A DNA stretch of 64,000 bases, taken from NCBI GenBank assembly GCA_036785375.1, contig JAWMAR010000027.1:10602001-10666000 (forward strand), given 5' to 3'. How positions within the stretch are numbered: position 1 is the first letter of the stretch; each line of letters begins with the position of its first letter. A program made the position numbers and the translations under genes. The DNA comes from Leucoraja ocellata (Eukaryota). A model generated the notes under the pieces. It saw only the letters and a list, made by a program, of their open reading frames with translations, did not search any database and had not been told where the DNA came from. Shown here in pieces: positions 12,557 to 24,704 of this stretch.

Positions 12557-12648
12557 CCTGAAGGGTCTTGACCCGAAACGTCACACATTCCTTCTTTCCA
12601 GAGATGCTGCCTGACCCGCTGAGTTGCTCCAGCATTTTGTGTCTACCG
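12557..12648 (+). mobile_element. Penelope-like terminal-repeat fragment
   Basis: GAAGGGTCTTGACCCGAAACGTCAC...CCCGCTGAGTTGCTCCAGCATTTTGTGTCTA. Confidence 0.7.
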
Positions 12649-12959
12649 TAGAGATTTGTTAACAGTTGTGAACTCTCATCAATATTTGTGACTCCAGATT
12701 CCACCCTGCTTCCAAAAAAACAGTTGTTTTTCTCTCCCCCATTTTCCAGGTGTTAAGGGCATTGCCAGTATTTCTGGTCCGTTACTAATTGCTCTTCAAA
12801 CGGTTCCTGTGAGCCGCAAATTTGAGGATCTTGACTCAGCCATGAAGTAACAGATATATAGTTGCAATCAGGACAGTGTGCATGTAATTAAGGATGTTTC
12901 AATATGCCTGCTGCCTGGATCTTTTTTTCATAATTTCATGTTATTGATGCAGAAGTTAA

Positions 12960-13280
12960 CCTTCTGGCCAATCATGTCTACTCCACCATGTCTACTCAAT
13001 CATGGTCGTTCATCTTTCCCTCTCAACCCCATTCTCATGCCTTCTCCCATAATTACTGACACCCATACTGATCAAGAATCTATCAATCTCTGCCTTTAAA
13101 ATATCCGACTTGGCCTCCACAGCCTTCTGTGGCAACAAATTCCACAGATTCACCACCTCTGACTAAATAAATTCCTTCTCATCTCCTTCCTAAAGGTACA
13201 TCCTTTTATTCTATGGTTATGTCCTCTGATTCTAGACTCTCCCACGAGTGGAAACATCCTCTCCACATCCACTCTATTCA
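12960..13280 (-). mobile_element. CR1 LINE 3' fragment
   Basis: RVDVERMFPLVGESRIRGHNHRIKG...EMRRNLFSQR. Confidence 0.85.
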
Positions 13281-13514
13281 TGTCTTTTTGATGGCAATTC
13301 CTATGGATTTGGGGGTTGTTGCTGGCAGGTCCAAAGAACTGCAATATCTTTTATAGATGATGCCACAATATTTTATAGATGAAGTCAACATTGGAGGGAA
13401 TGAATGCTCAGGTTGGTTGCTGGGGTATCAAACAAACAGGCTGTCTTATGCTGGATCAGTTTAAGCTTCACGTGTTTATGGGAGCAGACAGGCAAGAAGA
13501 GAGCATTCAATCAG

Positions 13515-13790
13515 AATTAAAGGATGTTCTTTTAGGAAGGAGACGAGGAGAAATTTATTTAGTCAGAGGGTTGTGAATCTGGAGAATACTTTGCCACAGA
13601 AGGCTATGGAGGCCAAGTCAGCGGATATTTTTAAGGCAGAGATAGATAGATTCCCGATTAGTACAGGGGTTATGGGGCGAAGGTAGGTGAATGGAGTTAG
13701 GAAGGAGAGATAGATCAGCCATGATTGAATGGCGGAGTAGACTTGATGGGCCGAATGGCCGCCTTCTACTCCTGTTACATATGACCTTAT
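13515..13790 (+). mobile_element. CR1 LINE 3' fragment
   Basis: Same subfamily as 12960-13280 and 16055-16985, in opposite orientation to the former. Confidence 0.85.
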
Positions 13791-13959
13791 AATCACACAC
13801 CTGGCTTGAAACAGTCAGTGAGCGTCTGTCGAGACAAAGGGATGGTTTCAGGTCAGGACCCACATCCCACCAAGCTCCTCAAGCAGTTTGTGTTTTGCTC
13901 CAGATTTCTTCTTCTGCCGTCGTTTGTGCATCCATGCTTCTGGCTTCTGACTTGCAGAT

Positions 13960-14150
13960 GGTGGAAGAGCCTTGAAGAATGAGTAGGTGAATCACTCATT
14001 CCAAGATACCGTGTCTCTATCTTGCTTCTAGCTACACGAGTAACTTGGCTGATCCAGTTGCGTTCCTGGTCAATGGTGACCCCACCCCATCCCCTCAACA
14101 GATTGGTGATAGTGGAGACCTCAGCAGTGGCAATGCCATCAACTGTAAAG
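13960..14150 (-). mobile_element. Old CR1-group LINE fragment
   Basis: GVTIDQERNWISQV-like ORF2 remnant, similar to 54845-55440. Confidence 0.45.
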
Positions 14151-15084
14151 GGTAGAAACAAGGAACTGCAGATGCTGGCTCATGAAGGCAGGGTGCTGGA
14201 GTAACTCAGCAGATCATACAGCATCTCAGGAGAACATGGATAGGTGGCATTTCGGGTTGGTCCCTATGAATGCATTCTCAAATGCAGGAAGAATTTATTT
14301 TCAGTAAAGCATATTAGGCAATAGTTTATAAGGAGAGTTCCAGCCAGGGAAAGGGAAAAGTGCTCATAGGAGGGTAGTTGGTAGAGATGCAAGTACATAT
14401 TATCAACATGCCACCTTAAGCACCAGGAGCAATTCCCAGAGGTATTGCTGCAGTATATTACAAGCATCTACTATCTGCAATGGGAGCTGTGGTTACTGTT
14501 GAAATTGTTGAATTTAATGGCCAGGTGTCTTCTAGCAAGTGTAGGTGTTGTCCCAGAAACTTGGGCTGGGCATTCAGTGGAACATTGCAGACAGTCAAAA
14601 AACAGGAAAATCAAAATGGGAATGGGACACAGAATAAAAGAGGTCAACAACCACATGCTCAGGGTCATGCCTGGCTTTAACTTTCTGACTCACGAGATGA
14701 GAATGCTGGCTCTGAGCAACAGCTGACACTGTAAACAGAAGATAAGCAAACCACAGCATCACCATACGCTATAATCCAAAACACACCCAAAATAATTCCA
14801 AGACATCCATTGAAAATATTAAAGACATGTCGGTCGACTTCACCATCTCAATACCTTTACCATGTCATTTAGAGCATTCTGTATGCAGTCACTGGGTTTT
14901 TTTAAGACTTTGTTTTTTTTTTACATACAGAAAAGAAAGAAAAAAAAGTGGTCAGAATAATGACTAAGTTACTACAGATAATGTAGACTATCAACTTTTC
15001 CTTTGGGTTTTCAATTACTAAAGGACCCGACAGACTTCAGGAGCTTCTAAGATCAAAACGTTCTCCACTACAAACTAAATTCAC

Positions 15085-15323
15085 CAGAGTGGTGAATCTC
15101 TGGAATTCTCTGCCACAGAGGGTAGTTGAGGCCAGTTCATTGGCTATATTTAAGAGGGAGTTAGATGTGGCCCTTGTGGCTAAGGGGATCAGGGGGTATG
15201 GAGAGAAGGCAGGTACGGGATACTGAGTTGGATGATCAGCCATGATCATATTGAATGGCGGTGCAGGCTTGAAGGGCCGAATGGCCTACTCCTGCACCTA
15301 ATTTCTATGTTTCTATGTTTCTA
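15085..15323 (+). mobile_element. CR1 LINE 3' end, young subfamily
   Basis: Near-identical to the reverse complement of 22901-23130 and ends in TTTCTATGTTTCTATGTTTCTA. Confidence 0.92.
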
Positions 15324-16054
15324 AATGTTGTCCATTCTTCAATCTTTTGCTTTACAACTATTTGAAGATGAAGACACGTGCATTGTTTTTTTTGGCAACT
15401 CAACTTTTACCAAGTTTTAAAGATAATAATTACTTGAGATCAAAGATTATTTACATATTTTTTACAATCTGGATGTATCACAAATACTCAAAGGGTGTAT
15501 GAGATAAATTGTGCAAATAGCATGCGTGATGTTTTTGAGTGAAATGTTGCTTTTTCTCTAGCGAGCGATATTGCATCAAGAACACATTGAGCTGCAGGGA
15601 ATATTCCACTGGGTACCAAAACAACACGTCAGAATTGTGAATCACCCAAGAAAAGACAGCTTCCACCAGAAGAAAAGCCACAGGGCAAAATAATATTAAA
15701 AGTGAATTTTATGAAGATAGGATTTAAATCATTGATCCAGCAATTCAGATGCAGAGCTTAATAAATAATAATGCATTTTTCCGTTAAAGTTATTCAAAGA
15801 CTTTATACCCAAGTACACAGCTGACCAATAAAGAATAATTTACAGATGTTGAGTGAAGTTTATGATCGCTGCCAGATTGCAAACTTACATGTTTAAACTG
15901 GCTCCTGGGAAACCAGAGTTTGCTCTGCTAGATATTCCCCGTCCTTATTATTGAACTCAGAAATAAGCTCATTAGTGATAGGAGGAGATATAGGCCATTC
16001 AACCCATCAAGTCTACTCCGCCATTCAATCATGGCCGATCTATCTCTCCCTCCT

Positions 16055-16985
16055 GATTTGGATGAGGGGATTGAAGGCTTTGTGGCCAAGTTTGCAGATG
16101 ATACGAAAATAGGTGGAGGGGCAGGTAGTGTAGAGAAAGCAGGAACTCTGCAGAAGGACTTGGACAGATTGGGAGAGTGAGCAGAGAAGTGGCAGATGGA
16201 ATATAGTGTAGCAAAGTGTGGAGTCATGCATTTTGGTAGTAGGAATAAAGGCGTAGCCTATTTTCTAAATGGGGAGAGAATTCAGAAATCAGTGGGTGCA
16301 GGATTTCCAAAAAGTAAATCCTCAAATTGAATCGGTAGTAAAGAAGGCAAACATAATGCTAGCATTTATTTCAAGAAGGTTTGTATACAAAAACAGGGAT
16401 GTAATGATGAGGCTCTATCAGGCGTTGGTCAAGCCGCATTTGGAATATTGTGAGCAATTTTGGGCACCGTATCTGAAGGATGCGCTGGGTCTGCAAAGTG
16501 TCCAGAGGAGGTTTACAAGAATGATCACTGGAATGAGTAGGTTAACATATGATGAGCGTTTGAAGGGACTGGGCCTGTACTCGCTGAAGTTTAGAAGAAT
16601 GAGGTGGGACCTCATTGAAACGTACAGAATGGTGAAAGGCGTGGATTGAGTGGATGTGGAGAGGATGTTTCCACTAGTGGGAGAGTCTAGGACTAGATGT
16701 CATAGCCTCAGAAATAAAGGATGTTATTTTATGAAGGAGATGAGGAGGAATTTCTTTAGTCAGAATGTGGTGAATCTGTGGAATTCTTTGCCACAGGTTG
16801 TGGAGGCCATCAGTGGATATATATAAGACAGAGATAGATAGATTCTCGATTAGTACGGGTGTCAGACATTACAGGGAGAAGGCAGGAGAATGAGGTTAGG
16901 AGGGAGAGATAGATCAGACATAATTGAATGGCAGAGTAGACTTGATGGGCCAAATGGCCTAATTGTGCTCCTATCACATGATCTT
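16055..16985 (+). mobile_element. CR1 LINE ORF2/3' fragment
   Basis: AKFADDTKIGG, LYQALVKPHLEYCEQFWAP, LGLYSLKFRRMRWDLIETY. Disrupted. Confidence 0.92.
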
Positions 16986-17289
16986 TTGATAATTTACAGG
17001 CAAGCATTCAATTACTTTTTTTAAAATCATGCAATTTTTGTATGGTGTGACGTATTTTGCCAAGAGTCAAGAGGGTTTTATTGTCATATGTCCTGAATCA
17101 GAACAATGACATTCTCAATTGCAGCAGCAGCCTAACAGGTTTGTAAACATAGTATTCAATAGTTAATATAAAAAACAAAAAGGAATTCAATGAATTAAAA
17201 AAAAGTGCAAAAACAAAACAAAGCCTAAAGTCCCCAACGCAACCCTGACTGTTGATAGTTTTTGCCAATCTATAATTTTATTCACCCAC

Positions 17290-17645
17290 TTTAAACCTAT
17301 ATCATTCTGTGCCTTACCTGTTCGTGCCCATCTAAATACCTGTTAAATGTAGTGATGGTACCCGACTTCATTATCTACCCTGCAAACTAGATTGAGTAAT
17401 CAATAACTATTTATGTAAAGATCTGACCACTCAGTTCCCTTTTGAAACTCCCTCTTCTCACCTTCAACCTATGCCACTGTTTTTTGATATGCCTAATGTG
17501 AGGGAAAGATCCTGACCACCTCCTTTATCTAATAATTTCATAGCCCCCTAAAAATTGACCCATAAATCCAGGGAAACCAAATCCATTTTATCCAATTTCT
17601 CCCCGTGACTAAAGTCCTTCACTCCCTGCAACCTTTTGGTGCATC
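17290..17645 (-). mobile_element. Old CR1 LINE 3' fragment
   Basis: Degraded similarity to the other minus-strand CR1 3' ends (ctctcaccttcaacctatgcc). Confidence 0.55.
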
Positions 17646-17669
17646 TTGTCTGCTGTCCATGCATTTCAC

Positions 17670-17856
17670 TTCCCCGGGTGCTCTGGTTTCCTCCCACTCG
17701 CCAAAGACGTATGGGTTTGTAGGTTAATTGGGATCAATAAAATTGTAAATTGTCCCTACTGTGTAGGATGGTGGTGGTGTGCGGGGATCGGCGCTCGACG
17801 CAGACACAGTGGGTCGAGGGGCCTCTTTTGGCGCTGTGTCTCTAAACTAAACTAAA
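17670..17856 (+). mobile_element. V-SINE (HE1-like), 3' part
   Basis: CCGGGTGCTCTGGTTTCCTCCCAC core and a (CTAAA)n tail. Confidence 0.8.
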
Positions 17857-17916
17857 CCAATTCACTGTTTAACCTGGTTGAGAGGCAAAATCAGAGAAAA
17901 TTCTGTTTTTTAATTC

Positions 17917-18045
17917 AGAAGATGGATCCCGACCTGAAACGTTACCCATCTTTTTTTTCCAGAGTGGCTGCCTGACCCGCTGAGTTACTCCAGCACGTTG
18001 TACCTATGTTTGGTATAAACCAGCATCTTCAGTTCGTTCTTTCTA
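17917..18045 (+). mobile_element. Penelope-like terminal-repeat fragment
   Basis: CAGAAGATGGATCCCGACCTGAAACGTTACC...CCCGCTGAGTTACTCCAGCA. Confidence 0.65.
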
Positions 18046-18654
18046 CATTTCGCCTCCAGTGTTGCTACACCACTCAGACTGCTTAATAATAAATGTTCTG
18101 TGAATGAAGAGAGCTTTCTCAATTGATCTACATTGTCTACCTTTTGGTTTGTAAAAAAATAATACAAGATTTAATGCATTTGTTATCATCTTTGGCAGAT
18201 TGCAAATTACCTATTAACCTGTAAAAATGCAAGGTAAATGGAAGGAGGCATTTCCCACAATAAACCGTGCACCACTCAACATATTGAATTATTTGCACAA
18301 TTTGACAGCCTAGGAATCTGTTGTGGCTTTCACATTTAGTTCAAGGCCTGAGTAAATTTTTAAGATAGCAACAATTTTGTATTTTCAATGGAAGTGTACT
18401 GTGAGAAAGGGCTAGAATGATGGCTTCAAAGCATGAAAGTGGCACACAGGATTAGGAAGCAACCATGTTCTAAAGAAATCACATCAGTTTATATTTACCA
18501 CAGAAGGCAGTTGATGAACCACTATCTGCACAAAGGACTTGGTTCTTAAATATTAAAGCAAGTTGAAAGCAAAAATTATTAACTGAACACTACAAGAGTC
18601 ATGATTCATCGCTAAAGCTACCCTGCAGTCTCAAAGATGCAGTCTCTAACAAAG

Positions 18655-19060
18655 TCAGTGCAGCGTAATGGACCAACAGAGAATGCTGCTGCCTCACGGC
18701 TCCAGAGACCTGTGTTCAATTCGGGCTTTGAGTGTGTCTGTGTGAAGTTACACGTGCTCCCTATACGTTTCAGTTTCTTTACACATCTCAGAATCAGAGA
18801 CATACAGCACAGAAACAGGCCCCTCAGCCCAACATGCCCACGCCGACCAACATGCCTCATTTACCGACACTAGTCCCATCTGCCTGCGTTTGGCCCTTAT
18901 CCCTCTAAATCTATTCTACACATATACCTGTCAAAATACTTCTTAAACATTGCATTAGTACCTGCCTCAACTATCTCCTCCAGCAGCTAATACCATTCAC
19001 CTACCTCCCTTTGTGTGATAAAGCCCTCGGGTTCCCAATAAATCTTTCCCCGTTACCTTA
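18655..19060. mobile_element. SINE 5' part (+, about 18655-18790) interrupted by a CR1 3' fragment (-, about 18800-19060)
   Basis: tRNA-like head (GCTGCCTCACGGCTCCAGAGACCTGTGTTCAATTC), then a reverse CR1 tail (ATACAGCACAGAAACAGGCCC). Confidence 0.65.
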
Positions 19061-20989
19061 AAAGCTGAGATGTGTTTGTGCGTTAATTGGCTATTGTAAT
19101 TTGACCCTTGGTGTGGGTAAATAACATGGAATCACAATGGAATTGAAGATAAGTTACAATGGATGGGAGAAGCACGAGGGTGGAGCTGAATGCGATGCAT
19201 CACATGGAAATAATATACAAATGCTACACATTGCATGATATAGTAATTGGGAAAAAGTAAATGCACTTGAGGTAATTCATAAAGGTCAACTTCTGAAAAA
19301 GATAAATTCAAATTTAATGAGCACATTCAATCTGCAGAAAGCACAATTTGCCTAAGCTTTGCAGTAATCCTTCTTCAATTTTGCATCACATTATTAGCCG
19401 TAACATAGCCATCAACTTTCATTCAAGGTACTTGCAAAATGAGAAAGCATTTAATTGCTAAAACCTGTAATCATATTAGAAAACCCTAACATTTGTAAAT
19501 TAATGCAAGCTATCACATTCTCCCAAATTTCTTGTACAAGAATCAACCACAAAGAATTTGCCTGTCCTTTACAAAGTCAAACAAAGAACGATTGAGGCAA
19601 TCAATTAAAATAAAAATTAAGTCTATATACAAACACGCTTCTTAGTTCCAATTGCTATTATCCTTCGATAACGTTCATTCAAATTAGTATCCAGAGTACA
19701 TTCACAGTCTCAAACAGTAAACAATGTTACTGCCTGCTCTGTACATAAAGCTAAACACATGACTTCAATTATACAGTCTTCTTGGGATTTAACATTGAAA
19801 TCCCTTCAACATATAAATAATGTATTACAACAACTTCTCTCACGTAATAACACTTCAAATACAACAGAGATGTTAACAAATGGTTTTAAAATGAAATGTA
19901 TTACCATAAATGAATAAATGGCTTTCAAATAAGCAGTTCAGAATTTTCTGGTGAATAACAGTGGAATGAAACTTAATTTATTAAGGAACCAGAAATATAA
20001 GTAACCTGCCTTATACAGTTTTGTGATGCGCACATGTATAATTACCATCTCCAAAGTATCATGCATAAATTTTGTGTTTATGTACTTCAGAAAATCTCCA
20101 TTTAATTCCATTCATAACTAATTTTATGCCAGGGTTTCAGGTGGAAGACTTGTGTCGTTCTGTGTATCAGAATTTCAAATAGATGTCGTGGCAACATCTA
20201 AAATACACACTTGATGAATTATTATCTCCCACTACAAGTACCAAAACTATTTCTCAGCCATTCCACTGACGTATATGTAGAGAGTTTTTCTCCATCAGGT
20301 AATAATTAGAACGTATTCCAATATCTCAGAATACTTTTATCAAATACGCAAAAGACGCAAACTCAATGATAATTTGTTCATAAACTTACATTCAAAATAT
20401 GAACAAGTCACTCAGAAGAATGGATTTATCCTTCAGATATTTAGGCCTCAGGTGCTTTCTAAGTGAGAATAACATGGGTACTGTGAGGTAAGGTTGAGAG
20501 GAATATATACCAAGCCTTTTAACTTATTTTCTGTTAGTTGAAATGATTCCCAACTATAACCGTTTAACTATTGTAAAGAGCTCAAACTCACACAGGTTGA
20601 AACACAAACATCTTTATTGTTCAGGTCATAATCTTCTAAGCAGGTCATTACATGTTCACACTGCTACAGCTACAACCAGGCAGTGGGCAAGTTATTACAC
20701 TATGAATGGTATAATCTGGCGGTGTTATAATTACTAAGCATTCTGATTGGCTAACATGCAATAGCCAATCTACAACTCTATATGGACTGTATGTGATCAA
20801 GGGCATATATGATACATACTGTTTTTCAAACATACTGAACTCTTTGCCGAACACAACAATTTCACAACTTAACTAAACTCACTGTAACTTAAAACACAGC
20901 CAATGGTTAAATCATTAAAATCAGAGATGGAAGGGGTTAGAGTTGGAAGAACAGTTATCTCATGGGTTATGGGACAGGCAGAGTTTCAA

Positions 20990-21255
20990 CAGGATAGATT
21001 CAGGCAAGCCAACATATATTTATAGGTTTAAGGTGAAGGGAGAAAAATATGATATTAATCTGAGGGGTAACTTTTTCCATACAAAGGGTGATGGGTGTAT
21101 GGAACGAATGCCGGAGGAGGTCGTTGAGGCAGGAACTATTGCAACGTTTAAGAAACAATTAGGCACATGGATGGGCTAAGTTTAAGTTGTGACTAATATA
21201 GATGGGATATGTTGGTCAGTGTGAGAAAGTTGGGCCGAAGGGCCTGTTTCCTCGC
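20990..21255 (+). mobile_element. CR1 LINE 3' fragment
   Basis: RFKVKGEK...LRGNFF...PEEVVEAGTIATFKK, ending GGGCCGAAGGGCCTGTTTCC. Confidence 0.82.
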
Positions 21256-22900
21256 TGAGGGACTGAGAGCACATTGGGTCTTCTTTGTTCACTGAGACTT
21301 GGTGCAAACATTTAGGACTGAAGTTCAGTGTTTTAAATCTAAAAGCAGCACTTACCTAACGAAGACAGCAACAAACACCATTGCTTCTCCCGGCCTCAAC
21401 GAGGAAGAGCGCACACCCGCATCAGTCACACCTGTGCGCGGTGTTGCAACAGGTTGTCGGAAGGTTCGCCGGCCACTCTGGGCGCAGCTGCTGCAACTTG
21501 CATGAAATGCAACGGGAAAAGAACACTGAAACAAGGTGGAAACCCCCACCTGACTGACTCACGCAGATTGCTGCACGAATAAGGTAAACAGCTCGTTAAA
21601 AAGTGAAGCGTACTGCATGCTGCTTCTCAACATAAACTACAAGGTTGTTAAAAAGAAATGTTTTTATTCACCAGAACTTCTCAACGCTAAATACATATTC
21701 TGAAGAAGGGTTCCGACCCCAAACGTCACCTATTCTTTTTCTCCAGAGATGCTGCCTGCATCACCAGCATTTCGGATCTGTCATCGGAAATCAATTTTTA
21801 GGTTCAGATTTATATTGAATCAGACTGAAATAAGAATAATAGCTCGACCACAGAGACATGTTTGTTTTTTATTGTCATCTTCGATTGCACTTGAAACTCA
21901 TTGATATGTGCAGTGCCAACCTTTAATAACTTTGGACATTTATTTATACATATTAAATCGCTGTTTATCATATAACACACAGCGGATGATCATCATCAGC
22001 GGCTCTTTTATTTCCTTGGAGACTGATGTTCAAAGTCTGTAGTTAAATGGCTCGCAACGGCGCACCCCATTATAGATAATACCTAGAATTATGATTTATT
22101 TCCTCGGAGACTCTAAGCAAATTCTAAAATAAATTAAAGAAATAATGATAATCTCCCTGATCACATGGGCAATGCAATAAGACGAAACTCAAACATTAGT
22201 TCTCACTTTTATTGTTTCAATAATACTCATATGTAATACTCATATATTACTTAGTTTTAATTTACGTTACTCTCTAGTGACTTTCTCATGAAATACGTAA
22301 GCATGGCAACTCATTGAAATAGTTTTCAGACATATGTCCGTTAATACAAAAACAGAATATCGACGCCGATGCAGCTGTTTAAAACGTTGGTAAGGTCACG
22401 TTTGGAGTGATGTGCACAGCTCTGAGCATCATACTGTAGGATGGATGTTGAGGCTTTGGGGAGGTTGCGGAAGAGGTTCACAAATATGTTGCTTAGATTG
22501 GATTTTATTAGCTAGAACTATAAAGCAATTGGAATAACGTGAATTGTTTTTATTTTCTGGAGCAGAGGCTGGGAAACTACCTGATAGCAGTGTATAAAAT
22601 TGTAGCATGTAGGGTATTAAGCAGGAGCAGAGTATTGGAAATGTCAAATACTAAAGCTTTAAGGTGAGAGGAGGAAAGTTTAAAGATGTGCAAGGGACGT
22701 TTGTTTCCACAGAGTGGTAGGTGTATGCAAGTTATATTGCAGGTCAAATGTATATATGTTATCACTGGTGTGAAAAACCTCGATACACCTCCTTTGGAGA
22801 GTTGGTGAGTAGTTTTAAAATGTCTCTACATTAAGGAACGGGATCTGAATTACGACTGAATTCATCATCAGATTAACAGACTGACCTGGTTTAATTCAAA

Positions 22901-24567
22901 ATAGAAACATAGAAAATAGGTGCAGGAGGAGGCCATTCGGCCCTTCGAGCCTGCACCGCCATTCAATATGATCATGGCTGATCATCCAACTCAGTATCCT
23001 GTACCTGCCTTCTCTCCATACCCCCTCATCCCTTTAGCCACAAGGGCCACATCCAACTCCCTCTTAAATATAGCCAATGAACTGGCCTCAACTACCTTCT
23101 GAGGCAGAGAATTCCACAGATTCACCACTGAATGTTTTTCTCATCTCGGTCCTAAAAGACTTCCCCCTTATCCTTAAACTGTGACCCCTTGTTCTGGACT
23201 TCCCCAACATCGGGAACAATCTTCCTGCATCTAGCTTGTCCAACCCCTTAAGAATTTTGTACGTTTCTTTAAGATTCCCCCCTCAATCTTCTAAATTCTA
23301 GCGAGTACAAGCCGAGTCTATCCAGTCTTTCTTCATATGAAAGTCCTGCCATCCCAGGAATCAGTCTGGTGAACCTTCTCTGTACTTCCTCTATGGCAAG
23401 AATGTCTTTCCTCAGATTAGGAAACCAATACTGTACACAATACTCCAGGTGTGGTGTCACCAAGGCCCTGTACAACTGCAGTAGAACCTCCCTGCTCCTA
23501 TACTCAAATCCTTTGCTATGAATGCTAACATACCATTCGCTTTCTTCACTGCCTGCTGCACCTGCATGCCTACTTTCAATGACTGGTGTACCATGACACC
23601 CAGGTCTCGTTGCATCTCCCCTTTTCCTAATCAGCCACCATTCAGATAAGTCTACTTTCCCGTTCTTGCCACCAAAATGGATAACCTCACATTTATCCAC
23701 ATTATACTGCAGTTGCCATGCATTTGCCCACTCCCACAACCTATCCAAATCACCTTGTAGCCTCCTAGCATCCTACTCACAGCTAACACTGCCCCCCAGT
23801 GTCATGTCATCCGCAAACTTGGAGATGTTGCATTCAATTCCCTTGTCCAAATCATTAATATATATTGTAAATAGCTGGGGTCCCAGCACTGAGCCTTGCG
23901 GTACCCCACTAGTCACTGCCTGCCATTCTGAAAAGGACTTGTTTACTCCTACTCTTTGCTTCCTGTCTGCCAGCCAGTTCTCTATCCACATCAATACTGA
24001 ACCCCCAATATCGTGTGCTTTGTTTGCATACTAATCTCTTATGTGGGATCTTGTCGAAAGCCTTCTGAAAGTCCAGATATAACACATCCACTGGTTCTCC
24101 CTTAACCACTCTACTAGTTACATCCTTGAAAAATTCTATAAGATTCGCCAGACATGATTTACCTTTCGTAAATCTTTGCTGACTTTGTCCAATGATTTCA
24201 CCACTTTCCAAATGTGCTGCTATCCCATCATTAATAACTGGCATTTTCCCCACTACCGATGTTAGACTAACTGGTCTGTAATTCCCCGTTTTCTCTCTCC
24301 CTCCCTTTTTTAAAAAGTGCGGTTACATTAGCTACCCTCCAATCCTCAGGAACTACTCCAGAATCTAGAGTTTTGAAAAATTATCACTAATGCATCCACT
24401 ATTTCTGGAGCTACTTCCTTAAGTACTCTGGGATGCAGCCAATCTGGCCCTGGGGATTTATCGGCCTTTAATCCATTCAATTTACCTAACACCACTTCCC
24501 GACTAACCTGGATTTCACTCAGTTCCTCCATCTCATTTGACCCCCGGTCCCCTGCTATTTCCGGCAG
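22901..24567 (-). mobile_element. CR1 LINE, about 1.7 kb of ORF2 (reverse transcriptase) plus 3'UTR, frameshifted
   Basis: [60 protein letters not shown], and a TTTCTATG tail. Confidence 0.96.
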
Positions 24568-24704
24568 AAAAAGGGCATCAGGTCTATGATCTTTAGGTGT
24601 TTTTAAATTAATTTTTAGTTTCGGGCTGAATCTTCACTCTTATCGGACAATGCAATCTATCTTCAGAGGTGAAGTTCCAGCCCTCAAGAGTGCAAAAGAT
24701 TCTC

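Noticed and set aside
15889-15925. Additional exon candidate (ctagcag| ... CAT|gtaagt) for the putative minus-strand transcript
   Set aside because: Weak pyrimidine tract and no independent support, so it was left out of the exon chain.
22901-24567. Active autonomous LINE
   Set aside because: 5'-truncated (no ORF1 or endonuclease) with multiple frameshifts in the RT region.
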